A stretch of 64,000 nt of DNA from Leucoraja erinacea (lineage: Eukaryota), in NCBI RefSeq assembly GCF_028641065.1, contig NC_073387.1, forward strand, positions 31,496,001 to 31,560,000, given 5' to 3'. Positions within the stretch are counted from its first letter, which is position 1. The number at the start of each line of letters is the position of its first letter. This document shows, one piece after another, positions 38,044 to 50,795 of this stretch. The notes below the pieces were generated by a model. It was not told the origin of the DNA, did not search any database, and saw nothing but the letters and a program-made list of their open reading frames with translations. A program made the translations under genes and the position numbers.

Positions 38044-40615
38044 AATATGTATGATTTCTACCAGATGTTCAATCAGTAAACTGGGGTTGCGATATTGCTA
38101 TTTATATCAATGAATCGTTGGAACATTTATCTGGTAAATCAGTAAATCTAGTAAACATGTGGTGCTCAGGTCAGTATCTAGTGTGAGTTTAACCTACCTG
38201 AGTACATATAGTAACAAACACATTTTCCGTTTAAACTCTGCCTGAATGCTCCGCATATGTGGGAGTTCTTGTTTATGCAATAAAAAATCCTTGAAACAAA
38301 CCACCAGATAAAGCTACTATTGTTTTCCGAAAAGTGTAGGTGGCTGAATGTTTGGAGTTAAAACCCAAAGGAGCCTTAACTTGGCAGACATCTCTGTCAT
38401 TTTAGAAGAGTTTTTTTATAAAAAGAATATGTTGTTTGTGTTCTCTGACTAAAAGCAGCTGATTGGGTTAAATCCTCTAATTATAGTGTGTGCTGAAAAT
38501 GTTAATGTTGGGCAAAATTATGTTTATGTTTTCATTATATGTATAATGGAACTTAACTAGGTTTGAATAGAATACTATTGAATAGAATAGAAAACTATTG
38601 TTTCAGCCACTAAATACAGACAGACAGTAAGGTGCTCCATTTCATTATAATTTCAGCTTCATTCAGACAGTTGCAATTAAGCTTAATACTAAACACTGAG
38701 AATTAACAATTGGCACATGGTAAGCTACTGGATCTCATCACCAGAGCCAATGTGCAGCTGCACTTTGGCTCTCAACTGTATAACAATATTTGCCTTGGAA
38801 TGGCGTGTCTATCTTTTAATTAACCTAACCTATATAAACTTAATGTTATGGTGTAATATAGTATGCTACCCCTAATTGTTGAATGAATATAAACATCATA
38901 TATTTTAACTCAACAGATGTGATTTTTTTAAAGAAAGTTAAAGGGTTATTGGCAAAGGGTTAATTTGCAACTGTAGGGAATTCTCACTTATAACAGCAAA
39001 TTTAATTACATGAAAAATATATAACAGTACATTTCTTTACATGAAAAGGATATATTTCATTTTTACGGAGATAGCTTCTGTTTTCCAATGTTTATGGCAG
39101 ATCAACCTTTCCCCATTTTTTTCCACAAACATACATGCTCACACAGCCCATGCATATTTATAAATATAAAATGAGCCAAATTGTTGCAGGCCTTTGACTG
39201 AATAATTTAATACGCAGCTGTGTCTCCATTCACGGAGGCATACCTGCCTAGGTTTGCTGAGTAGATGTAAATTGCAGCAGCATCGACATCCAAATGATGC
39301 ATCTAAATGATGCACAAGGACCAGCTTCTATAGGCACACGGGGCACTCTTTCTTGGGAAGGAATCATTCCATGCACCATTTGATACCTTAAAATGCTTTA
39401 ATCAAATTTAAATACTAGGCTGACTACTTCTTTCTATTACAATAATTTAAATCTGTTGCTGGAATACTTCTGCACAATTCCACTTGGAAAAACCTGTGGC
39501 ATGCTTCATGCAGCAAGCATGAAAATGATCAGTGTTGGAGTCAAGGGCTGCTGTTATTGCTTGATATCTGCTTAGCTAATTTTCAACTGTTCAATTGCAA
39601 TACATCCTCCTCATATATTCCAGTACATTATTGATATTATTGCTTTTCTTCTAAGTGAGAAAGCAATGAAACTGAATGAAACTATAGAACTGAAGATTCT
39701 AATGTTTTTTTTTCCCAATTTGAATATATTCAAAGAAATTATAAACTTCTTCACAGTTTGTATCTCGACTGAAATATTACATGTCAGAGAATCATAGAAT
39801 GGTTACAACTCAGTAGGAAGCCATTTGAACCATTGCATCTGCTCTTTACCAGAAGAACAAATTACTCCCATTCCCCCTCTTTCTCCCTCTGCCAACTCCT
39901 CCTCCCCATCCCCCCCACCCTGACCCCCTCCAGACCCCCTCCACCTACAATTCCTATTCCACAGGATTAAAAAACCTGTAGAATAAATAGTCACATTTCT
40001 TAGTTGAGAAAGGCTGACCATGATTATTACAAGTTCAAGCATCTGCTTTGTCAAATTCAGCCACATGACTTGGTAATTACATTTGGTCAAATCTTCCCTG
40101 AACACCATACCTCTGATACCAGAAAAGATGAAAACGTGATCAGATTCTCAATCAAAGACAGTATTCTAAAAAAAGGTGTTAAGAAAAAAACCAGAAAGAA
40201 GTGAGGCAGGGAGTTTCAGGACGAGAATTCCAGAGCTTGAGACGTAGGCAATGGAAAATAGAGTGGTCAAAAACAGTACGAAGGAAGCGTTTCAATGGGC
40301 AAGATGTTAAATTGAAGGAGTGATTAATTCTCAAAGGCCTTTAGCATTGCAAAAAAATCTGTAGGGATATGGAGGAGGAGGGATTGGAAAATTAGTTTGA
40401 AAATTTAAATGTGGCCATTCAAGAATTGGTATCAATGGAGGTCAATGAGCATTGACAGTCACAGCAATCCACGTGGCTTTTCCTTATTCTTCATGTAGTA
40501 ACGCAACCGTTAATTCCTACTGACCGAGTAATCATATTGTTCATCAATATAACCATTCAGATATATATTGGATTTCTGGTTGATTTATTTAGTTTTACGT
40601 CTGGCTTGCATATCA

Positions 40616-40793
40616 AATGGAGAAAAAAAACTGCAGATGCTGGTTTATAAAAAAAATACGCAAAGCTCTTGTCACATGGATAGGTGACCTTTTGGATTAC
40701 GACCTCTGTTCTGCCTAAAAAAAAAGCCTATTCATGTCGGCCAGAGATGCTGCCTAACCCAATGAGTCACTCCAACACTTTGTAATTTTTATT
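40616..40793. mobile_element. Degenerate Penelope-terminus hairpin mini-insert, 10-bp TSD
   Basis: TTGCATATCA at 40606-40615 and 40794-40803; CTGCAGATGCTGG and AGAGATGCTGCC motifs on opposite arms. Confidence 0.6.
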
Positions 40794-41102
40794 TTGCATA
40801 TCACATAGTTTGGCTGACCACAAATATATAGCTTGTCATCAGCATTTAAATGCAAATGTATACACATTAATAATTGAAAAGCATAAAAGAATAACAAATG
40901 CACCTAACTTGACAATCTTAGGGGAAACAAAATCGCCATCTCATTTCGAGCTGAGAGCTGCCTCCAAACAAAATAAAAATCGTTCCACTACTGTTTAAAA
41001 TATAGCATAATACATCTTTGTGGAAGATCAACAAAAAATCTGTTTTTGATTCACATGATATTACCTAAAATTAAGAGAAATTTCAAAAAGATTTGTTTCC
41101 TG

Positions 41103-41552
41103 AGCTAAACACAAAGTGCAGGAGTAACTCAGTGAGCCAGACAACATCTATGGAGGGAATGGATAGGCGATGTTACTGACCTAAAATGCACCTATGAATT
41201 TCTTCCACAGATGCTACATGACCCATTGTGACACTCCGCACTTTGTGTTATTCTCAAGATTAAAGCATCTGCAAATTTCTGAGTTTAGTATATTGTCACG
41301 TGTACCACAGTAGAGTGAAAAGCTTTTGTTGTGTGCTAACCAGTCAGTGAAAAGGCAATACGTTTAGAATCGATCCACCCACAGTGTACAGATACACAAT
41401 AAAAGGAATTAAGGGAATAACATGAATAACGATTAGTGCAAGATAACACAAGCAAAGTCCGATCAAAGATAATCTAAGTCTCCAATGAGATAAATAGTAG
41501 TTCAGGACTGCTCTCTACTTGTTGGAAGGATGGTTCTTGTGTCTTCATCAAA
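41103..41552. mobile_element. Penelope-terminus hairpin insert with a nested LINE tail (about 41281-41535), 12-bp TSD
   Basis: ATTTGTTTCCTG at 41091-41102 and 41553-41564; arms AACACAAAGTGC / GCACTTTGTGTT. Confidence 0.6.
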
Positions 41553-42387
41553 ATTTGTTTCCTGTTTTGTTGATATAATTTGTTAGGATTGTTGAATATA
41601 CAGCCATATTTATTACACCATCAAAATTTCTAACTCTTCCTTAAAAGATGCAAAGTTATTACATCCTCTAACTCAATTAGGAATACTTCCTTCATATTTG
41701 TTACTTTGGTGGATAATTCAATGCTTTTGCATTTTCAACATTAAACCACTGCTAGAAGAGACTGTAAGATAATGCTTGATCTAATAGATATTCTATGCTG
41801 GGAACATTTACTTGAATTATTGCATGAAGAACCTTGAGATTTCCTCCTAGATCTCCTATGTACCAGTTTGAATATGTCAGTCTGATAATTTAATGTGAAG
41901 AAATACCCCAAATTTCTAGGGATGAGGGACTGATGTTACAAGGAAAGGCTAGAGAAATGGGATTGATTTCCATCTGATCTGTGACCACATGGGTTTTCTC
42001 CGGTTGTTCCTGTTTTCTCCCACATTCCAAAGACTTGTAGGATTATAGGTTACCCTATCTGTGAAGGAATGACATAGAACTAGTATGAACTGGTGATAAA
42101 TGGTCGGCATGGATTTGGTGGGCCAAAGGGCCTGTTTACATGTTGTAACTTGCGTGCAATCAATCTTACATAACTCTTGCATTATTTTACATAGCTTTTA
42201 TTCCTGACAAGCAATTCATATATTATCATTCTTAGAAGATTATGTGCAGCTGACTGCAAAAGCCTTAATATGTCTATAGTTATGATGTGTTCAGAACAAG
42301 AGACAAAACAAATGAAGGCAATGGTAACTTTCACAGTAATTGGTAGTGTATCTGCCAAACCTAGAAGGCTACAGATACATGTAGCAA

Positions 42388-44200
42388 CAATAGACAATAG
42401 ACAATAGGTGTAGGAGAAGGCCATTCGGCCCTTTGAGCCAGCACCGCCATTCAATGTGATCATGGCTGATCATCCCCAATCAGTATCCCGTTCCTGCCTT
42501 CTCCCCATATCCCCTGACTCCGCTATCTTTAAGAGCCCTATCTAGTACCCTCTTGAAAGTAACCAGAGAACCGGCCTCCACCGCCATCTGAGGCAGAGAA
42601 TTCCACAGACTCACTACTCTCTGTGAGAAAAAGTGATTTCTCGTCTCCGTTCTACTCTGGTTCTGGACTCCCCCAACATCGGGGACATGTTTCCTGCCTC
42701 TAGTGTGCCCAAACCCTTAATAATCTTTTATGTTTCAATAAGATTCCCTCTCATCCTTCTAAACTCCAGAGTATATAAGCCCAGCCGCTACATTCTCTCA
42801 GCATATGACAGTCCCACCATCCCGGGAATTACCCTTGTAAACCTACGCTGCACTCCCTCATTAGCAAGAATGTTCTTCCTCAAATTAGGGGATGAAAACT
42901 GCACACAATACTCCAGGTGTGGTCTCACTAGGACCCTGTACAACTGCAGAAGGACCTCTTTGCTCCTATACTCAACTCCTCTTGTTATAAATGCCAACTT
43001 GCCATTCGCTTTCTTCACTGCCTACTGTACCAGTATGCCTACTTTCATTGACTGATGAATAAGGACCCCCAGATCCCGTTGTACTTCCCCTTTTCCCAAC
43101 TTGACACCATTTAGATAGTAATCTGCCTTCCTGTTTTTGCTACCAAATTGGATAATCTCACATTTATCCACAATAAACTGCATTTGCCATGCATCTGCCC
43201 ACTCACGCAACCTGTCCAAGTCACCCAGCATTCTCATAGCATCCTCCTCACAGTTCACACTGCCACCCAGCTTTGTGTCATCTGCAAATTTGCTAATGTT
43301 ACTTTGAATCCCTTCATCTGAATCATTGATGTATATCGTAAATAGCTGCGGTCCCAGCACCGAGCCTTGCGGTACCCCACTAGCCACTACCTGCCACTCT
43401 GAAAGGAACCCGTTAATCCCTACTCTTTGTTTCCTGTCTGCCATCCAATTTTCTATCCATGTCAGCACTCTACCCGCAATAACATGTGCCCTAATTTTGC
43501 CCATTAATCTCCTATGTGAGACCTTATCAAATGCTTTCTGAAAGTCCAGGTACACTACATCCATTGGCTCTCCCTTGTCCATTTTCCTAATTACATCCTT
43601 AAAAGATTCCAGAAGATTAGTTGAGCATGATTTCCCTTTCGTAAATCCATGCTGACTGGGACCGATCCTGTTATTGTTATCCAAATGTGCCGCTATTTCA
43701 TCTTTTATGACTGACTCCAGCATCTTCCCCACCACCGATGTCAGGCCATCTGGTCTATAATTCCCTGTTTTCTCTCTCCTGCCTTTCTTAAAATGTGGGA
43801 TAACATTAGCTCCCCTCCAATCCACAGGAACTGATTCTGAATCTATAGAATATTGGAAAATGATCACCAATACGTCAACAATTTCTAGAGACACTTCCTT
43901 AAGCACCCTGGGATGCAGACCATCAGGCCCTGGGGATTTATCAGCCTTCAGTCCCATCAGTCTACCCAGCACCATTTCCTGCCTAATGTGGATTTCCTTC
44001 AGTTCCTCCATCACCCCATATCCTCTGGCCACTAGTAACTCAGGAAGATTGTTTGCGTCCTCCTTAGTGAAGACGGATCCAAAGTACCAGTTCAACTCAT
44101 CTGTCATTTCCTTGTTCCCCCATAATAAATTCACCTTTTTCAGTTTTCAAGGGTCCAACTTTGTTCCTAATTAATTTTTTCTTCTTCACATACCGAAATA
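42388..44200 (-). mobile_element. CR1 LINE, 5'-truncated, RT domain
   Basis: 370-aa ORF 43022..44134 with GVPQGSVLGP and FADD; tail (CAATAGA)n; same subfamily as 26705-29780. Confidence 0.95.
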
Positions 44201-45039
44201 AACTTACTTTGACATTCACAGTCTATGAAGATACTGCTTTCTGTGAAAAAACAGAAAATACTGGAAAATCTCAGCAGGTCAGGCAGCATCTGTGGAAAGA
44301 GAAATAGTCAAAATTTCAGGTTTGTGACCCTCTGTCACAACTGGGAACGAATGACACATAAATTAGTTTTGGATAAGAGGGATGCTGATGGAGGAATATG
44401 TAGAACAAAGGAAGTGTCTCTTCCCAAGGCCCTGCTTTGTGAGAGGTCAAGTTAGCTAGTATTCTGCCGAGACGTCCAGCTGTCTGGCCATGCCTTCCAT
44501 GACCCCAACCCCTCAGTCTCCTCTTTTCTCTAACCTGTTGATCCCAGCACAGCAGGCTTTCACTGCTGGTAATGGGTTACAAAAAAATCCATGGCACCTC
44601 CCATCCGACCAGTGTCTGTTTGATAACTTCCAAACTTCCTTCAAAATACAATGGGGACAAGATCCTTTTACGAAATGTTTGCCCAAGGGGAAATGGAGCC
44701 TTTATTGAGATCAGCCAATCTGAGCTTTAAAGACTTCCATAGACTGCATATGAAACTCATCTTATTATAACTGGCAAGTTTCCTATGACCTAGGCAACTG
44801 TGCCGGAGGCATGAAGTCAAAAGGCAAGTTGCTTTTAGTTCAAAAGTCCCTAACTTGCATGTAATTATACCTTTAGGGCTTGTGGTGATTGTTGATTCAC
44901 TTGTGCTAATGACTGCCTGGCTCTGGCAGACAGTTAACTTGCATGCACTCACCTGCTTCTCAGTTAAACCTGGCAGTGGAAGGTTGGAGCCAGGTTTTGA
45001 TTGTTATTTAGTTTGTTCCTGCTTTTGGTACAAGTGGGT

Positions 45040-45530
45040 CATAGAATCATAGTGTCATAGAATGATACAGTGTGGAAAAAGGCACTTTGGCCCAACTTGC
45101 TCACACCGGCCAACATGTCCCAGCTACACTAGTCTCACCTGCCTGCATTGGGTCCATACCCCTCCAAACTTGTCCTATTCATGTACCTGTCATACTGTTT
45201 CTTCAATGTTGGGATAGTCCCAGCCTCAACTTCCTCCTCTGGGGTGGAAGATTGCAACCTTCACGTGGTCCGCCCTGTTTCGACTAATGCAATCAATTCA
45301 ACGTGCACAAACGGAAGATCAAATAGAACAAGTTGTCCAACAACTTTAGGCTGTGCACGCCAAACGAAAGAAGAAGAAGAACTTCCTCCTCTGGCAGCTT
45401 GTTCCATACACCCACCACCCTTTGTGTGAAAAAGTTACCTCTCAGATTCCTATTAAATCTTTTCCCCTTCATCTTGAACCTATGTCCTCTGGTCCTTGAA
45501 TCCCCTGCTCTGGGCAAGAGATTTCTGTCC
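45040..45530 (-). mobile_element. CR1 3' fragment
   Basis: RTRGHRFKMKG...NFFTQRVVGVWNKLP; tail (CATAGA)n-like. Confidence 0.85.
45243..45379 (+). mobile_element. 137-bp retroposed insert with (GAA)n tail and 15-bp TSD
   Basis: AACTTCCTCCTCTGG at 45228-45242 and 45380-45394. Confidence 0.85.
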
Positions 45531-46519
45531 ACAACCATCTCCTTCTGATGTGAAAATTCTTCCCCTGTGTTAACTGGGAGGGGATCTCACGAACCCCATC
45601 ATTTAATGAGGTTGCAATCATCTGTGGCGATCAGTTCAGTTTGGATTGATCTCATCTAGTGTTGCCCTGACCAGATTCCAGTTTTGTGGCTGGTATGTTA
45701 ATCCGGCCATTAGAAATTTCAGTTGAAAACAATTTATGGTGTATTTAGCAGTTAAACTGACATAGAAATCAAAATACCCTTGATCTTATTAGCATGTTGA
45801 TTTGTATCTATGACCTTCATGTAACCAGTTTTTCAAGGGCTTTGTGAAAAGTATTTCTTCATTTGAACATAGCAGAAGAAATTGGCAGATGCATTCCAGG
45901 AAGGAACATGCTTGCCCTGAGGAAATGTTGAAACAATGCAGAATGAGTGCCAATGTGTCTCCCACATCTAATCTAATACACTTTCGACAAAGAATTTACC
46001 ACAGAGATCTGACCCTTAATTTTATCCCAGTGCAGAAATAAGCTGAGCGACACATTTATCTTTGAAGAGAATTTGAGGCATTTTAGAGATCAGATAGATA
46101 CATTGTTCCTTCATACACATGGTGGAGAAAAGTGATTTTGGTTGCCAGCACCAAGGGCCAAACATGGGCAAATGGGACGGGTTATATGAGGACCGTGATT
46201 AGCATGGACGAGTTGGGCCGAAGGGCCTGTTTCTGTGCTGTATGACTATGATTTGAATCAGATGTTAGATTAAGAATCATTAGTTGTAGTGCACCAAAGA
46301 TACTTCATTTTACTACCATCGATGCAACTGATGGGAATTACGATAATGTGTTACGAACGACTGGAAATACTGGAATCGTGAGTAAAAATCAAACTGCTGG
46401 AGGAAATCAGTGAGTCGGACATTCTGGGACAGGACACTTCTTCAGACTAAAGAAGAGACCGGACCCAAAATGTTGACAGTCCATTTCCTTTCACAGCTTA
46501 TACCATTATGGGGCAGTTT

Positions 46520-46626
46520 ATACTCCAGCGGCAAGAACATTGGCCTCCAATTTCCGGTAGCCCTCACTGTCTCCTCCCCTTCTCAGCTCTCCCTCAGCCC
46601 TCTGGCTCCTCCTCTTACTTTCTTCT

Positions 46627-46678
<52 letters not shown>

Positions 46679-46745
46679 ACATTAGTCTGAAGAAGGGTTT
46701 TGGCCCGAAACGTTGCCTATTTTCTTCGATCCATAGATGCTGCTT
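46520..46745 (+). mobile_element. Penelope 3' end/pLTR fragment with hammerhead-like core
   Basis: Homologous to 58670-58900; CTGAAGAAGGGTTTTGGCCCGAAACGTT at about 46688. Confidence 0.8.
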
Positions 46746-46780
46746 ATTTTTGCTGTTGTTACAATAGCATATTGTAACAG

Positions 46781-47152
46781 GCGGGGCCTGACACCACTGC
46801 CCCGCGCGGCTGGAATGGCCGCGGACTCTGCGAGCGCACACCGGGGGCTCTAACACCAAGACCCGGTGTGCGACCTCGCACCACCCGGCGTGGCTTCAAT
46901 GGCCGCGGGACAATCGCCATCGCCAGCCGGGGGCTATGACTTTGACTCTGACATCGGGGGTGGGAGAGTGCAGTGGAGAGATAAGTTTATTTGGCCTTCC
47001 ATCACAGCTATGTGATGGATGTTTATGTTAAATGTAATTATTGTTGTGTCTGGGGTCTATTTGTATGTAATGTATGGCTGCAGAAACGGCATTTCGTTTG
47101 GACCTCCAGGGGTCCAAATGACAATTAAATTGACTCTGACTCTGACTCTGAT
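46781..47152 (+). repeat. Unclassified retroposon 3' fragment, same family as 62160-62864
   Basis: Shared GGCTCTAACACCAAGACCC...GGCTGCAGAAACGGCATTTCG; tail (GACTCT)n; AATAGCAT at 46763-70 and 47155-62. Confidence 0.75.
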
Positions 47153-47384
47153 ATAATAGCATCAGTCAAGCCCAAAATTGAAACCCTTCTACATCCTGCC
47201 ATTTGAAAATATGGACTTGCATTGGCTCATTGGTATTTGAATTTACCATCTGAAACCAAATGTTGAAGGTTTTGCAAGACATTTCTTGTTAGATGCAATT
47301 TCATTGCAAACTTCACTCATCTACTCCTCCACTCCATGGAGACACATTTCAGGGCAGGTGATGGTTTGAGTGACAAGAGCACAG

Positions 47385-47900
47385 TCATAGAGTCACATAG
47401 ACAGCTTGAAAACAGGCATTTTGGCCCAACTCCTCCATGCCAACCAAGATGTCCCATCTAAGCTAGTCCCATTTACCTGTCATAGAGTCATGGAGTATAC
47501 AGTGTGGTACAACATGATCCATCGAAACAAATCCCACCTGTCTGCTCTTGGCACATATCCGTCTACACCCGTCCTATCCATGTACCTGTCTAAGTGATTC
47601 TTAAATGTTGCAATAATAACTCTCACGGTAGTTCCATTTACATTGTTTGGCCCATATCTCTCTAAACCTTTCCTATCTATGTATGAGTTAAAATGTCCTT
47701 AAATGTTGTTATTATACCTGCCTCAACTACTTCTTCTGGCAAATCGTTCCATATACTCTTTACACACTGTGAAAAAGTTACCCCTCAGGTTCCTATTAAA
47801 TGTTTATCCTCTCACCTTAAATCTATGCCCTGAGGCTCTGTGATTCCCCTATCCTGGGAATGATATTCTGTGCATTCATCCTATCTATTCTTCCAGTGAT
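47385..47900 (-). mobile_element. Stacked CR1 3' tail fragments
   Basis: CATAGAGTC tails; AAAAAGTTACCCCTCAGGTTCCTATTAAA. Confidence 0.7.
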
Positions 47901-48360
47901 TTACATATGTTTGACCTATTCAAGTGACTCGAGGGTTAGTGGGTGAGCCTATTGGGACCAGTGATCACAGTTCTATTAGCTTTAACATAGTTATGGATAT
48001 AGACAGGGTTGGTCCACAAGTTAAAATTCTAAATTTTGAGAAAATCACCTGATGTGTCCTATAAGATCGCCTTACACTTCCAGCAGAGAATGGAGTGAAA
48101 GAGGGGATTAGAATAAAGATTCACATTAGGTAAATGTGTGACATTGTAATGATTCCATGTAATTTGCTTCTGAAATTTTATTTCATTAAAATCAATCACG
48201 TTGTGTGATTTTAAGGGGATAGCGAGTGTTTTCTGTATCCCATTCCAATAGATTGTGATCTTTTCCAACCTTTTTAGTCAACATAGACACTGCACTTAAA
48301 TAGAAGGATAGGGAAGGAAAGTTTTATAAGATCCCTGAGAATCAACCAAAACATTCTGGA

Positions 48361-48538
48361 CAGGTAGCATCACTGGAGATAAGGAATAGGTGAGGCTTTG
48401 GGTCAAGACCCTTCATCAGGCTGACCTCGACCTGAAACGTCACCTATTCCTTTTCTACAGAGCGGCTGCCTGACCCATTGAGTTAATCATTTTGCATCTA
48501 TCTTCAGTGTAAACCAGCATCTGCAGTTCCTTCTCAGA
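48361..48538. mobile_element. Penelope-terminus hairpin mini-insert, 14-bp TSD
   Basis: CAAAACATTCTGGA at 48347-48360 and 48539-48552; inverted arms AAGGAATAGGTGA / TCACCTATTCCTT. Confidence 0.8.
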
Positions 48539-48989
48539 CAAAACATTCTGGAATTTAACTTTATTTGACAGCTCAACTTATTTTAATCAGGTTATGAAGT
48601 TCTTTAAAATATCTCACAAACCATTGGGCTATCAAAGGAAATTAAGCCCCGCTACAATTGTTGGCATCACATTCATCCTGAATAATAATGAATAAGAGTT
48701 TTGTTATTTTAAAGCATACATAACCTATTTATGTAGAGTCACATCCAAGGTTCCTGGCTTGATATCAAAGGTTTAGATTCTTTGCATTGTTGATCATTTT
48801 CATGCAGGGTGGATAAGGTAGCATTCTGTTCTGGTGGCCAGGAACTCATTAACTAATGCCATGTTTACAGTAGCAAAAGAAAATTAAATTGTCAGGGATG
48901 AGGTGAGGTGGGCCAGGGAGTAAAATATGACTTGTCGCAAAATTGTTACAAATTTAGATAGCTCTATTCTATGATAGAACTCTACAGAA

Positions 48990-49176
48990 CGTTTTTCCTT
49001 CAATTATTTATTATGTAAAAGAATATGTGTGTTATGAATTGTGTTTATAATTTGTTTGGTTGTTTTGTTGTTTGTCTTTTGCACAAGTCCGCGAGCATTG
49101 CCACTTTCATTTCACTGCACATCGCGTATGTGTATGTGACAAATAAACTTGACTTGACTTGACTTGACTTGACTTG
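48990..49176 (+). repeat. LINE 3' tail fragment (Rex/Babar-like, tentative)
   Basis: TGTATGTGACAAATAAA(CTTGA)5. Confidence 0.55.
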
Positions 49177-50665
49177 ATAAATGTGTTTATTTTCTAAATG
49201 CCAAATTTCTGTCAGTATAGATGGCAGCATGAACCACAAACACATTTATGACAGTGGATTAATGTATTGCAACCATTCTATGTACCACCTAATTTGTGAA
49301 TGATGTGTACCATCATTCTTTGCAGGAATTAAGGTGGAGATTGACAAATTCTTGATTAGAATGGATGTCAAGGGTTATGGGGAGAAGGGAGGAGAATGGG
49401 GTTGAGAGAGAAAGATAAAATCAGCCACGATTGAATGGCGGAATAGACTCAATGGGTCGAATGGTGTAATTCTACTTCTATGACTTCTGAATCTATGAAC
49501 TTATTCTATTAGGTAATAGAAAAGCTGCAATAACATGGAATACATTCTGAATAAACACTGATCAAATTTTCATTGGTTTTTGTGGGTTCAGCATTTTGTT
49601 GGTATAGCATACAAGATTGGTACACCACACAGTTCCAATATCAACACAATGATATTTAGGCCTGTATCAGCTGATAGCAGAAGTATCTAAATTCTGCATG
49701 TAGGAATAAGGGTAACTGTATCAATTGTATTACAAGAGGCAATAGAGTTCTGTTTAACTCTTGTAATTTTGAGTTTTCTGTCAGTCAGATACATAGGTTA
49801 AGAACTGTGTATCATTCTGCTACACGTGATAATCGCAGCCAAGTAAGGGGATGATTGAATCTGCTTGATCTTCGTATAGTGATATCTGATACACGTCAGC
49901 CTGGTATTGGTAAATACAAGGAAGGGTCATTTCTCCAGAATGGTACTACTATTTCTCATTCCACAGATTTTGCCTGACCAACTGTTTTTATTACAAGAAA
50001 CTGTATTCAAACAACAGGGATATCAGATTTCCCAGCTACTATGTCACCTGCTGTGTTCTGTGTCACTTTAGAACAGAATATTTTAGTTTCTTAACAGTCT
50101 AATATGGGGACAACTATGTTCTGTATTGGTCTGGCACAAGTCTATTCATTTCCTTATTAATCTAATATATTAACATTTGAACAGATGAAGTTTAAAAATA
50201 CGAGCAATGTGATTTAAGCATTTTATGGATGACTCAGCGACAGCCTTGATAGGTCCTTAACACTAGAATTATTTTCATGGCATCTCTCAGGAAGCATCGT
50301 ACTTGGGCCACGTACTATGGGGATGCAGTAATTCTTCCAAATGAGACCAAATCACAAATTTATAGATACCTAAATCAAATTACGGATCAGTGGGAGAGCA
50401 AAACCTTAACAGAGTTTCAGTGACTTCAAAATGAAAGCAAAATATGTGAGTTATTTAAGTGGTTGCTGAATATATATGATACCCTCTTACCAAAATTACC
50501 CTTACTATACCTTTGAGAAGTTGAAAAATAATTATTTGTATCATTGAACATTAAAGAATGGGCCTGCACACTGTAAAAAAGGAATGTAAAGACTACCGCA
50601 CCCAACAACAGGATGGTGTGCGGCAAAAAGATGCAAATATAGAACCAGGTAGAGTGTTAGCATTG

Positions 50666-50795
50666 TGATGGAAGGAACTGCTGATACTGAAACCGAAGAT
50701 AGACACAAAATGCTGGAGTAACTCAGCGGGACAGGCAGCATCTCTGGAGAGAAGGAATGGGTGACGTTTCAGGTCGAGACCTTTCTTCAGACTTC
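50666..50795 (-). mobile_element. Penelope-terminus mini-insert with hammerhead-like core, 13-bp TSD (1 mismatch)
   Basis: Reverse complement CTGAAGAAAGGTCTCGACCTGAAACGTCACCC; AGTGTTAGCATTG 50653-65 and AGTGATAGCATTG 50796-808. Confidence 0.75.

Noticed and set aside
46410-46859. Poly-proline/poly-glycine ORFs here and at 3808-4126, 56043-56663 and 58644-58912
   Set aside because: They are translations of poly-C tracts inside repeats, and homopolymer lengths are unreliable.
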